Shown here: one piece after another, positions 49,160-58,045 of the stretch
How positions within the stretch are numbered: position 1 is the first letter of the stretch
How the letters are laid out: each line of letters opens with the position of its first letter
IMG/VR virus record: IMGVR_UViG_3300032236_001613
Span: 248,001 to 312,000 of that record
DNA: 64,000 bases
Direction: 5' to 3' (one strand)
Translations under genes and position numbers: made by a program
The notes under the pieces: model-generated
What the model was told of the DNA's origin: nothing
What the model saw: only the letters and a program-made list of their open reading frames with translations
Databases searched by the model: none

Positions 49160-50946
49160 CAAACATTGAACTTGAAAGTATGACACTTAAGAATTTCATG
49201 AGCGTAGGTAATCAAACGCAATCCATAAATTTCAAAAGTGACTTCTTAACTTTGGTTTTAGGTACTAACCTCGATCTTGGTGGAGAAGATACCGGTAGCC
49301 GTAACGGAACAGGTAAAACTACAATGGTTAATGGATTAAGTTACTTGTTCTACGGCGAAGCATTATCGAGAATTAAGAAAGAAAATTTAATTAATAAAAC
49401 TAACGGTAAGAATATGCTGCTTACCGGATCGTTTCGAGTAAACGGCGTAAGACATCGTATTGAAAGAGGAAGAAAACCTACTTTTCTTAAACTTTATATC
49501 GACGATAAAGAACATGTTGGTAAAGATGAAGAAGAATCTCAAGGCGATAGTCGAGAAACTCAAAAATATATCGAAAATGTAATCGGTATGAGCCACACAA
49601 TGTTTAAACACATTGTGGCTCTCAACACTTATACAGAACCATTCCTTAGTTTAAAGGCTGCTGACCAACGAGAAGTTATTGAAGAACTTATCGGAAGCAC
49701 AATGTTAAGCACTAAGGCAGAATCTCTAAGACTACTAATTAAAGAAAATAAAGATGCGATTGCTGCTGAACAGATAAAAATTGATAGCATTAAAAATGCT
49801 AACGAAGGTATTCAACGTAGTATTAATTCTTTAATTCTTAAAAAAGACACGTGGGATAAGAAAAAAGATACAGACTTAATGGAGCTAGCTAATGCAATTT
49901 CCGAACTAGAAAGTTTAGATATTAATGCCGAACTTGAAGCACATAAAAATCTAAAAGTATGGAAAGATAATAATACTCAACTGCAAAATCTAAAAAAGCA
50001 AAAAGCTAGTGCGGATTTATCTTTAGTACAAGCTGATAGAAATGTTAAAAAATATACTGCAGAATTGGAAAAGTTAGCAGACAATAAGTGTCCTCAGTGT
50101 GAGCAAGACTTGCACAATGACACACATATTAACTTACTTGCTAATGCTGAAAAGAATTTGTCCGATGCTGTCGATTATTACAATACCGTAAAGAATAATA
50201 TTGATGAGCTAAACACTCAAATTAATACTATTGGAGATATCGGTACATGTCCTACGACATTCTATGCAACTGAAGCAGAGGCGTTGGGGCATCAAAATCA
50301 ATTAACAAATTTAGAACAAGCATTAATCGACCGTAACTCACAAATTAATCCCTATACAGATCAGATTGAGGAGTTGGAAAAAACTGCCTTGCAAACTATA
50401 TCTTGGGATAAGATTAATGAGTTGACAAAATTAAAAGAGCATCAAGACTTTTTACTTAAACTATTAACTAACAAAGATAGTTTTATTCGTAAAAAGATCA
50501 TTGATCAAAATCTCGCGCATTTAAATCATAGACTTAGTTACTATTTGGATAAGCTAAAACTTCCGCATCTAGTTAAATTTAAAAATGATTTAGAAGTAGA
50601 GATTACAGATTTTGGTAAAGACCTAGACTTTGACAACCTTTCTAGAGGTGAACGCAACAGACTTATCTTAAGTATGAGCTTCGCTTTCAGAGATGTTTGG
50701 GAAAGTTTATACCAAAGTGTTAACTTGTTGTTTGTTGACGAGTTAATGGACTCAGGTATGGACTCTGCTGGAGTCGAAGCAGGGTTAAGATTATTAAAAG
50801 AAATGGCTCGTGAAGGCGGTAAAAACATTTACTTGATTTCTCATAAAGATGAATTAGTCAGTAGAGTTGACAGTATCTTGAGAGTAGTTAAAGAAAATGG
50901 TTTTACCTCGTATTCAAATTCGACCGAGCCGGTGGGATTAGTATGA
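49156..50946 (+). CDS. Recombination ATPase subunit (gp46, Rad50/SbcC-like)
   Basis: KNFMSVG, NGTGKTT, CPQC zinc hook, LSRGE signature, LFVDE, ISHK; ATGA overlap at 49156. Confidence 0.95.
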   Translation: MTNIELESMTLKNFMSVGNQTQSINFKSDFLTLVLGTNLDLGGEDTGSRNGTGKTTMVNGLSYLFYGEALSRIKKENLINKTNGKNMLLTGSFRVNGVRHRIERGRKPTFLKLYIDDKEHVGKDEEESQGDSRETQKYIENVIGMSHTMFKHIVALNTYTEPFLSLKAADQREVIEELIGSTMLSTKAESLRLLIKENKDAIAAEQIKIDSIKNANEGIQRSINSLILKKDTWDKKKDTDLMELANAISELESLDINAELEAHKNLKVWKDNNTQLQNLKKQKASADLSLVQADRNVKKYTAELEKLADNKCPQCEQDLHNDTHINLLANAEKNLSDAVDYYNTVKNNIDELNTQINTIGDIGTCPTTFYATEAEALGHQNQLTNLEQALIDRNSQINPYTDQIEELEKTALQTISWDKINELTKLKEHQDFLLKLLTNKDSFIRKKIIDQNLAHLNHRLSYYLDKLKLPHLVKFKNDLEVEITDFGKDLDFDNLSRGERNRLILSMSFAFRDVWESLYQSVNLLFVDELMDSGMDSAGVEAGLRLLKEMAREGGKNIYLISHKDELVSRVDSILRVVKENGFTSYSNSTEPVGLV

Positions 50947-51227
50947 TAAACAAGTATATAGAATTACATAATGAACTTATTGATCTTTTAGTAACTTATC
51001 ATAATGCTCATCTAAACTTTATTAAACGACCTTCTGCTTACAGTATGGATCCTGTAATTAGAACAACAGCAAAGATATCTAGAGCATTAAGAGAAATAAA
51101 ACGTTACAATAGAATATTGAGACCAGTTTTATTAGATCAAAAAAGAAAGCATGTAGAAAATAAAAGAGCCAAAAAGGAGGCAAGAAAAAATGAGCGACTC
51201 AACAGAACAAATGAAAACCGCACTTAA
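50943..51227 (+). CDS. Hypothetical basic protein
   Basis: 94 aa, Lys/Arg-rich; ATGA overlap with gp46. Confidence 0.6.
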   Translation: MINKYIELHNELIDLLVTYHNAHLNFIKRPSAYSMDPVIRTTAKISRALREIKRYNRILRPVLLDQKRKHVENKRAKKEARKNERLNRTNENRT

Positions 51228-51387
51228 CAGTTACCTAGCCGAGAATGACAAGTTTGTCGGTGGAAATTCAGCAGCAGGAACTCGTGCTCGCAAGGCATTA
51301 GCTGAACTCGGTAAGTTAGTTAAGGCACGTCGTAATGAAATTACAGCAGAAAAGAATGCTCGCAAGGCGTCTAAGTCTGCATCGTAA
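51190..51387 (+). CDS. Hc1-like (histone H1-like) small DNA-binding protein
   Basis: KF..GNSAAGTRARKAL.EL..L.K..R motif; AGGAGG RBS. Confidence 0.7.
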   Translation: MSDSTEQMKTALNSYLAENDKFVGGNSAAGTRARKALAELGKLVKARRNEITAEKNARKASKSAS

Positions 51388-51390
51388 ACA

Positions 51391-51816
51391 GTGACTTGGT
51401 TCTATCAAGAACAAATTGTTACTGAACTGCCCGAAGATTGTGTTGGATTTATATATCTTATTACTAATACAATCTCGGGCCGTATGTACGTCGGAAAAAA
51501 ATTGGCTAAGTTTAGTAAAACCAAATATAAAACAGTAAAACTTAAAAACGGCAACAAGAAAAGAAAAAAAATTAAGAGCAAAATAGATTCAGATTGGCAA
51601 ACATATTATGGCTCCAGTGATGAACTATCAAAAGATATAGAAAAATTAGGCAAAGAAAACTTTCGAAGAGAAATATTACATTACTGTACTAGTAAGGCAC
51701 AAACATCATATCTCGAAGCAAAAGAACAATTCGACCGTCGTGTGTTAGAAACCAATGAATATTACAATGGTCACATACGTGTTAGAATCCATGGCTCACA
51801 TATAATCAAAAAATAG
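51391..51816 (+). CDS. Stand-alone GIY-YIG nuclease
   Basis: GFIYLITNTISGRMYVGKK, YYGSS, FRREIL, LEAKEQF, YYN. Confidence 0.85.
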   Translation: MTWFYQEQIVTELPEDCVGFIYLITNTISGRMYVGKKLAKFSKTKYKTVKLKNGNKKRKKIKSKIDSDWQTYYGSSDELSKDIEKLGKENFRREILHYCTSKAQTSYLEAKEQFDRRVLETNEYYNGHIRVRIHGSHIIKK

Positions 51817-52256
51817 GCAAATACACAGTTAAGGCTAGCATCGGCCAACCTCGGATGCCCATGATAACCACACGAAAGTGATGGGGACGGAAATTCTCTG
51901 CGCTGTACAGAGTGTTCAACTACTATCCTTTACAGGACGAAGATCGCAAACGCCGCGGTTTAGTTGTTTAAAAGAATTTAAAGGCACAAAGATGGGGAGC
52001 GAAACCCCGAACTATTATATAAGACTAGCGGGTATATAATAGTTACCGTCATAAAGAACGCTGCTCGAGGTACCGGATGACCGCCTCTGTAATGCAGTAA
52101 CGCTAGGGTTGTGATACTCAGATAATAATCACAGAAATCTTACCCATATGGTGGGTAAGTATGGCTGATTAATCTAGATAATCTTAAATCAGTTCTATCT
52201 TTTCTAGAAAATGGCTACGAGCGTGAGCGAAGTAGCGAGCTAGCGTAGCTGGCTCT
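51817..52256 (+). ncRNA. Candidate large structured non-coding RNA (family unassigned)
   Basis: ORF-free and GC-richer than its flanks; more than 10 stems including a GAAA tetraloop, a perfect 12-bp helix, nested multibranch domains and a potential pseudoknot. Confidence 0.65.
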
Positions 52257-52261
52257 AATAA

Positions 52262-52269
52262 TATAAATA
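52262..52269 (+). promoter_or_regulatory. T4-type late promoter
   Basis: Exact TATAAATA before ATG 52294. Confidence 0.65.
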
Positions 52270-52293
52270 AATTTATTGCTGTAGGATATTAAA

Positions 52294-53007
52294 ATGAAAT
52301 TATCTGATGTGTTTTCCGAAAGTGCTCTTAATGAGTTAGGGATTATTAAATCTTTTAAAGCTGGATATCGAGCAGGTAAAAATAAAGTTCTAAATTTACC
52401 AACCGGATCACAAGTCGATAACGAACCAGCGCAAGCAACAACTAATCAAGCTGCACAACAGCAGCCTGCTCAACAGCCAAATGCTCAAAATACAACACAA
52501 CAACCTTCTCGCACAACGACACAAGCAGCAACTACTCCAGCGGAACCACCTACCGCTGCACAAAACATTGCATCTCAACAAGCACTTAATCAAAAATTAT
52601 CGGCAGGTAATCAAAACACTAACGATTATCTTAAAAGTATAGCTGCACAGATAAAGTCTGAGCCAGATACTAACAAGAAAATTGAATTAGGTAGAGAATT
52701 AATTAACTTTGTTGCAGATCGTCATAGTCAGCCTAACTGGGGGACTTTATCAGGCGTAGCTGGCAGTATAATTAAAAAGAATATACCGGATCCAAATTTT
52801 GTTAAGCCAGCATTAGAAAAAATTAAGGACGGTGGACATATCGGTACTGACGAATTAGAATCCATAAATTACATGCTTGAAACTGTAGGATTAAGCCTAT
52901 TAGACTTAGGATTAGAAGCTGTTCTAACAGAAAGCAAAGGTTCTTATATTTTAAGACGTGTAGTAGATACATCTATTTTAGATTTACGTAAGCTAGCAGG
53001 ACTATAA
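52294..53007 (+). CDS. Hypothetical protein, probable internal head protein
   Basis: Late promoter; Gln/Ala/Thr-rich linker; C-terminal LRKLAGL motif shared with the scaffold protein. Confidence 0.6.
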   Translation: MKLSDVFSESALNELGIIKSFKAGYRAGKNKVLNLPTGSQVDNEPAQATTNQAAQQQPAQQPNAQNTTQQPSRTTTQAATTPAEPPTAAQNIASQQALNQKLSAGNQNTNDYLKSIAAQIKSEPDTNKKIELGRELINFVADRHSQPNWGTLSGVAGSIIKKNIPDPNFVKPALEKIKDGGHIGTDELESINYMLETVGLSLLDLGLEAVLTESKGSYILRRVVDTSILDLRKLAGL

Positions 53008-53226
53008 TTAGAAGAAAGGTAGTCCACTTTCCTTAGTAGTTTCTAAGTTGTTTTCGATGATCTTACTAATAACCGATCGATCCTGATAGTCTAGCTGATA
53101 TGCTTCGGTAATAGTTACACCACCACGCATAAACCAGCAAATTCTAAATAGTTCATCTTTAATGGCCTTTGTTTCTTTTTCTAAGTCTTGTGATAACTGG
53201 TCAATTTCATTAAGACTAAGAGACAA
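53008..53226 (-). CDS. gp51-like baseplate hub assembly protein, probably the -1 frameshift extension of the gp26-like ORF
   Basis: Only a TTG start with no RBS; lies in the -1 frame of the upstream ORF behind T TTT TTC. Confidence 0.6.
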   Translation of the reverse strand: MSLSLNEIDQLSQDLEKETKAIKDELFRICWFMRGGVTITEAYQLDYQDRSVISKIIENNLETTKESGLPFF

Positions 53227-53231
53227 AAGCC

Positions 53232-54092
53232 TTACCCGAAAAAAGTTGCAGGATCGAATACAATAGGAATCTCAATATCAGCAGTTGATCCAAGTGCAAT
53301 CATTTCTTCAGATGCTTGAACTCGTAAAGGTTTGATAGAATTTTGTTCTCTTAGAAGATCTATATGATCTTTAATAATGTTAAACATACTTCTGTCACAG
53401 TTTTCTATAAATTCTTTTATAAATTCTTGATCAGTTACTACTCCTGATGTAGTTTCAATAGCTACTATAGAATCAGTAATTACATTTAGTGTAAGGTCAG
53501 TTAATTTATTAAAGCTCTTTTTAAATAATTCAGTTTTTTCTTCCTCGCTTAACTCATTATCGTTAACTAAATTAAAAATTCTTTGAGTTTCAAATGTTTG
53601 GCTAGCAGCTTGAGATAACTTTTTATAATTTAATGGGCGTACATGTACTTTTAAATTTGTAGATATTTCAATTAACTCGTTCCATTTAACATTAGAATAT
53701 AAGCTATCGATAATTTGTTTTAAATCTACAGAATATGCAGCTTCGATACCTTTAACTGTTACATTAGCATCCATTTTTTCGCCATAAGTAGCTAATCTTA
53801 TTGCTACTAAAATAATATCTAAATCAATTTGGGGACATTCCCATGCATTTATTACATTAGGTAAACAACTTTGTATAACATCAACTACAGCCTGTCCGTT
53901 TAATAGTGCATCAGGAGTTTTTAAAATTAACTCATCTTTAGCAGTCATGGAATAAACCGGGTATTCACCATTTGCGCTAACATTTAAAGATCCTTCAGGC
54001 CAATAATTTCCGTTACTTGGAAACCGAATATAAATCTTTGGTTGCCTCATCATGCCCATTAAGGGATTGATTTTTTGAGGGGAATTTTGCAT
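53232..54092 (-). CDS. Baseplate hub assembly chaperone (gp26-like)
   Basis: IRFPSNG, MTAKDELILK, DLDIILVAIRLATYGE, ends F..ATFFG; GGAG RBS. Confidence 0.75.
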   Translation of the reverse strand: MQNSPQKINPLMGMMRQPKIYIRFPSNGNYWPEGSLNVSANGEYPVYSMTAKDELILKTPDALLNGQAVVDVIQSCLPNVINAWECPQIDLDIILVAIRLATYGEKMDANVTVKGIEAAYSVDLKQIIDSLYSNVKWNELIEISTNLKVHVRPLNYKKLSQAASQTFETQRIFNLVNDNELSEEEKTELFKKSFNKLTDLTLNVITDSIVAIETTSGVVTDQEFIKEFIENCDRSMFNIIKDHIDLLREQNSIKPLRVQASEEMIALGSTADIEIPIVFDPATFFG

Positions 54093-54106
54093 ATGTTAGA
54101 CTCCGA

Positions 54107-54136
54107 TAAATAATTGATGCTTTATAAAAATATTTA
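54107..54136. promoter_or_regulatory. Opposed late boxes for the gp26-like and tape measure genes
   Basis: TAAATA on + at 54107-54112 and on - at 54131-54136. Confidence 0.55.
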
Positions 54137-54166
54137 TCTACGCAGTTAACCTGGAATTTTAAATAC

Positions 54167-56284
54167 ATGGCACCAGTATCGGGTACATTCGGAGATCAAC
54201 AAGTAAATCTTGAAAATGCAGCTACAGAAGCTACATTACAAAAATTACTAGTTGCTATTACCGCAACTAGCAAAGAAGCTGCGGATGCTGTTGCTAAAAT
54301 GGCAAAAAATGCTGGATTAGATCCAGAAAAAGTTAAACTTACAACAGCGTCTTTAACTGAATTAGAAAAATCTGCTGCTATTTTAGGTGGTGCATATGCT
54401 GGGTTAGAATACGCCAGTGATCAGTTAAAAGCTAAATTAACAGCCGCTGCAGGTCTTGTTGGTACTTTTACTTCTGGTACTGGCAAAGCTAGTGATTTAT
54501 TTGGAGCTTTAGGAAAATTACCTGGACCTTTAGGCCTTGTCGGTACAGGATTTCAATTAGTATCTCAGTTTCAAGAACAACTTTTAAAAAGTTATCAAGA
54601 AATAAGTGCTTCGGGTGTTAATTTTAGCGGTAGTCTTATACAAATGCGAGTAGCTGCATCTAGCATGTACTTGTCAATGGACCAGTTTAGTACTTTAGTA
54701 AAAAAGAATTCTGAATCATTTATTAATCTCGGCGGTGGAGTTGATAAGGGATTTCAAACTTTTTCTAGATTAAGCAATAATTTGATTAATAGTCAACTAG
54801 GTGATCGTTTACTATCGTTAGGATATAGTTTTGAAGAAATAAATCAAGGATTAGCTAGCTATATCGGAATGAGTGGACCACGTAGGGCCATAGACTTAGC
54901 TGATGAAAAAACTAAAGCAGCAATACTTACATCGTCGTCTGAATACTTAGAAAATTTAAATGCATTATCTGAAATTACTGGTAAAAGTCGAGACAAACAG
55001 CAAGAAGAGCTAGATGCTGCTAGTAAAAATGCTGCTTTTCAAGCTAAACTAGCAACTATGTCGGAGGACGAACGTAAAAAAGCATTAGCAGGAATGGCAA
55101 ATGCATTAGCAATCGGTGGAAAAGGTGCTGTTGATGCGTTCCAATCTAAGTTAATGGGAATAGCACCAGATAAAGCCGGTGCCTTATTCCTTGCTACTGC
55201 AAGTAATGCAGCAAGAGTAGTTGAAGATTCTGTTGATATGGTTTATAATACTAGTATTGGTGTAAAACAAATGGCTAGTACTACATTAAGAGAAGGGCTC
55301 AAAGCTGCTGGTCTTGATTTTCAAAAATTTTCTAATCAAACATTATATGCAATTATAAGACAAGGCGGACCACTCGCTGATAGCTTACAGCAATTAGGGA
55401 TTACAGCAAACAAAGCATCTACTATGACTGAAGAGCAAATACAGCAGATAATTGATAAAGCTGATGCCGATAGTAATGCTGCTGCCGAAGCTAGAGAAGC
55501 AGCCGAAAATCAAAAAGAAATTATGAAGATGGGACAAGAGTTATTAAAAGATTTAATGCCTATTTTCCGTGATTTAAAACCTTTAATACCTGGATTTTTA
55601 AGAAGTGTTACAGATATGATAGGGTTAATTAATAAAATTCCTGGTGGTTTAACAACATTGCTCGAAGCTATCGTAGCATTTTCTATTGGATCGAATGTGC
55701 TTAAAGGAGCATCTGCAGTTAAAAGTCTTATAAACGCCGGAGGTGCTGCTGCTGCTATTGGAAAAGAAGTTCCGGTTCTTACCGAAGCAGTTACTGCCGG
55801 TAAGGTTGCAACTAGCGCCGCTACCGGTACCGGGTTATTGGCTAAAGGCTCTGCTAAGTTGGGCGGTAAAATGCTATCTAAATTCATACCTGGTATTGGA
55901 TTACTTGCTGGCGGAGCTGATGCCTATATGAGATTAGGAGAAGGAGATTATTTTGGAGCAGGACTAGCAGCAGCAGGAGGACTTGCCTCGTTAATACCCG
56001 GTGTTGGCGGAATAGTAGCAGCTGGATTTGACGTAGCAAATTTAGCAAGAGACTTGCATAAAAAGTCTGACGATAATAAAAAAGAAGAAAAATCCAAAAA
56101 AGATGATGCAAGCATACTTGATAATAAGGATGACGATATTAATAAAGAATTAATAACCGAATTAAAACGGTTAAATACAATATCCGAAAATATGCTGCAT
56201 ACAATGCAACTAGTATCAAACGATATGAAACGCAGTGTTAGTGCTATTAATGGGTTAAACAAAAATTTATATCCTGTGAGTTAA
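54167..56284 (+). CDS. Tape measure-like protein
   Basis: Ala/Gly/Leu-rich helical sequence with hydrophobic Gly-rich C-terminal segments; adjacent to the chaperone gene. Confidence 0.65.
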   Translation: MAPVSGTFGDQQVNLENAATEATLQKLLVAITATSKEAADAVAKMAKNAGLDPEKVKLTTASLTELEKSAAILGGAYAGLEYASDQLKAKLTAAAGLVGTFTSGTGKASDLFGALGKLPGPLGLVGTGFQLVSQFQEQLLKSYQEISASGVNFSGSLIQMRVAASSMYLSMDQFSTLVKKNSESFINLGGGVDKGFQTFSRLSNNLINSQLGDRLLSLGYSFEEINQGLASYIGMSGPRRAIDLADEKTKAAILTSSSEYLENLNALSEITGKSRDKQQEELDAASKNAAFQAKLATMSEDERKKALAGMANALAIGGKGAVDAFQSKLMGIAPDKAGALFLATASNAARVVEDSVDMVYNTSIGVKQMASTTLREGLKAAGLDFQKFSNQTLYAIIRQGGPLADSLQQLGITANKASTMTEEQIQQIIDKADADSNAAAEAREAAENQKEIMKMGQELLKDLMPIFRDLKPLIPGFLRSVTDMIGLINKIPGGLTTLLEAIVAFSIGSNVLKGASAVKSLINAGGAAAAIGKEVPVLTEAVTAGKVATSAATGTGLLAKGSAKLGGKMLSKFIPGIGLLAGGADAYMRLGEGDYFGAGLAAAGGLASLIPGVGGIVAAGFDVANLARDLHKKSDDNKKEEKSKKDDASILDNKDDDINKELITELKRLNTISENMLHTMQLVSNDMKRSVSAINGLNKNLYPVS

Positions 56285-56287
56285 AAT

Positions 56288-58030
56288 ATGTCATGGAAAC
56301 GTTACTTTACACCTGTTAATACCACAGGACAGATGAGTCCTGTAAGTCAATCAAGCCGTGCCAATCCTACTAGAACTAATTATAGTTCTTATTTGCCCGA
56401 TGTTTATAGCGGGCATCCTAATCGTTTAGAAAGATACGCACAGTATGATACTATGGACATGGATCCTGAAGTTAATGCTGCTTTTGACATTTTAGCTGAA
56501 TTTTGTACACAAATGAACGATGAGAATGGTACTCCATTCCAAGTATTCTTCAAAGATCAAGCTACTAGCACCGAAGTTAAGATTATTAAGAAGTATATGC
56601 AGCAATGGTCTAAACTAAACAAGTTTGGAACACGTATTTTTAAGATTGTACGCAATACTTTTAAGTATGGTGACTGCTTTTTTATTAGAGATCCCGAAAC
56701 ATTATCATGGTTTTACATAGATCCTAGTAAGGTTGATAAAGTTATTGTCAACGAAAGTGAAGGTAAAAAACCCGAACAGTATGTTATACGTGACATAAAT
56801 GTTAATTTTCAAAATTTAACAGTAACACAGATTAATCCTAGCAATCAAAATACTACTCCTGGCGGCACAGCATATGTTACAGGCGGTGCACAACAACGAG
56901 GAATGGTTGGTGCTTACCCACAAAGTGCTGGAAATCGTTTCCAAATCAATCAAAATCAATGGGCAATTGATGCAGAACATGTTATTCACCTTAGCTTAAG
57001 CGAAGGAATTGATAACAATTTTCCGTTTGGCAATAGTTTAATGGAAACAATCTTCAAAGTCTATAAACAAAAAGAACTTTTAGAAGACGCTATTATTATA
57101 TATCGTGTACAACGTGCACCAGAAAGACGTATATTCTACATTGATGTAGGTAACATGCCATCGCACTTAGCAATGAGCTTTGTAGAACGTGTTAAAAATG
57201 AAGTAAATCAACGACGTATTCCTAGTGTTACAGGTGGTGGACAAAGCGTTATAGACTCAGGTTTCAATCCTTTATCTATTAACGAAGACTATTTCTTCCC
57301 ACAAACTGCAGAAGGACGTGGAAGTAAGGTAACAACTTTACCTGGCGGCACAAATTTAGGTGAAATTAGCGATTTGCTATTCTTTACACAGAAATTAATG
57401 CGTGCATTGCGTATTCCTAGTAGCTATTTGCCTACAGGAACTAGCGATAGCGAAACTGTTTTTAGTGATGGCAGAGTAGGTACAGCTTATATTCAAGAAC
57501 TACGCTTTAACAATTACTGCGAGCGTTTACAAAGCTTAATGAATGAACAGTTTGATACTGAATTTAAGATGTATTTGTACAAAAAGGGTATGAATATTGA
57601 CCCTAACTTGTTCGAAGTTAAGTTTAATCCGCCACAAAACTTTGCTGCACATCGTCAAGTAGAAATGGATACTGCTAGAGTTTCGACCTACGGAGCAATA
57701 TCTGAAGTACCTCACTTAAGCAAACGTTTTGCTCTAAAGAGATTCTTAGGATTAACCGCAGAAGAAATTGCAGAAAACGAACAAATGTGGCGAGAAGAAA
57801 ATGTTGATGTTGATTCTAAAGGTGATGCACAAAGCGATTTACGCTCTGTTGGTATAACAAGTGCAGGGCTTGGTGGCGATTTAGATACATTAGGTGGCTC
57901 AGATTTGGGTCCAGAATCGTTGCAAAATGCAGACATGACCACACCTGGAGCATCTCCTGTAGGAACAACTGCACCTGCTGGCGGAGCAGCAGCACCCGCT
58001 GGTGGCGGAGCAGCACCTCCTGCACCATAA
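56288..58030 (+). CDS. Portal protein (gp20-like)
   Basis: LLEDAIIIYRVQRAPERRIFYIDVGNMP, EDYFFP...GRGSKVTTLPGG.NLGEI.D. Confidence 0.96.
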   Translation: MSWKRYFTPVNTTGQMSPVSQSSRANPTRTNYSSYLPDVYSGHPNRLERYAQYDTMDMDPEVNAAFDILAEFCTQMNDENGTPFQVFFKDQATSTEVKIIKKYMQQWSKLNKFGTRIFKIVRNTFKYGDCFFIRDPETLSWFYIDPSKVDKVIVNESEGKKPEQYVIRDINVNFQNLTVTQINPSNQNTTPGGTAYVTGGAQQRGMVGAYPQSAGNRFQINQNQWAIDAEHVIHLSLSEGIDNNFPFGNSLMETIFKVYKQKELLEDAIIIYRVQRAPERRIFYIDVGNMPSHLAMSFVERVKNEVNQRRIPSVTGGGQSVIDSGFNPLSINEDYFFPQTAEGRGSKVTTLPGGTNLGEISDLLFFTQKLMRALRIPSSYLPTGTSDSETVFSDGRVGTAYIQELRFNNYCERLQSLMNEQFDTEFKMYLYKKGMNIDPNLFEVKFNPPQNFAAHRQVEMDTARVSTYGAISEVPHLSKRFALKRFLGLTAEEIAENEQMWREENVDVDSKGDAQSDLRSVGITSAGLGGDLDTLGGSDLGPESLQNADMTTPGASPVGTTAPAGGAAAPAGGGAAPPAP

Positions 58031-58045
58031 AATATAAATAAGAAT

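Noticed and set aside
51817-52256. Group I intron with the GIY-YIG as its homing endonuclease, or tmRNA/RNase P/tRNA
   Set aside because: No interrupted host gene flanks it. GTTCAACTACTA only loosely resembles the R element and no matching S/P7 partner was found. No tRNA-like ends or RNase P GAGGAAAGTCC motif were seen. A covariance search is still needed to exclude these formally.
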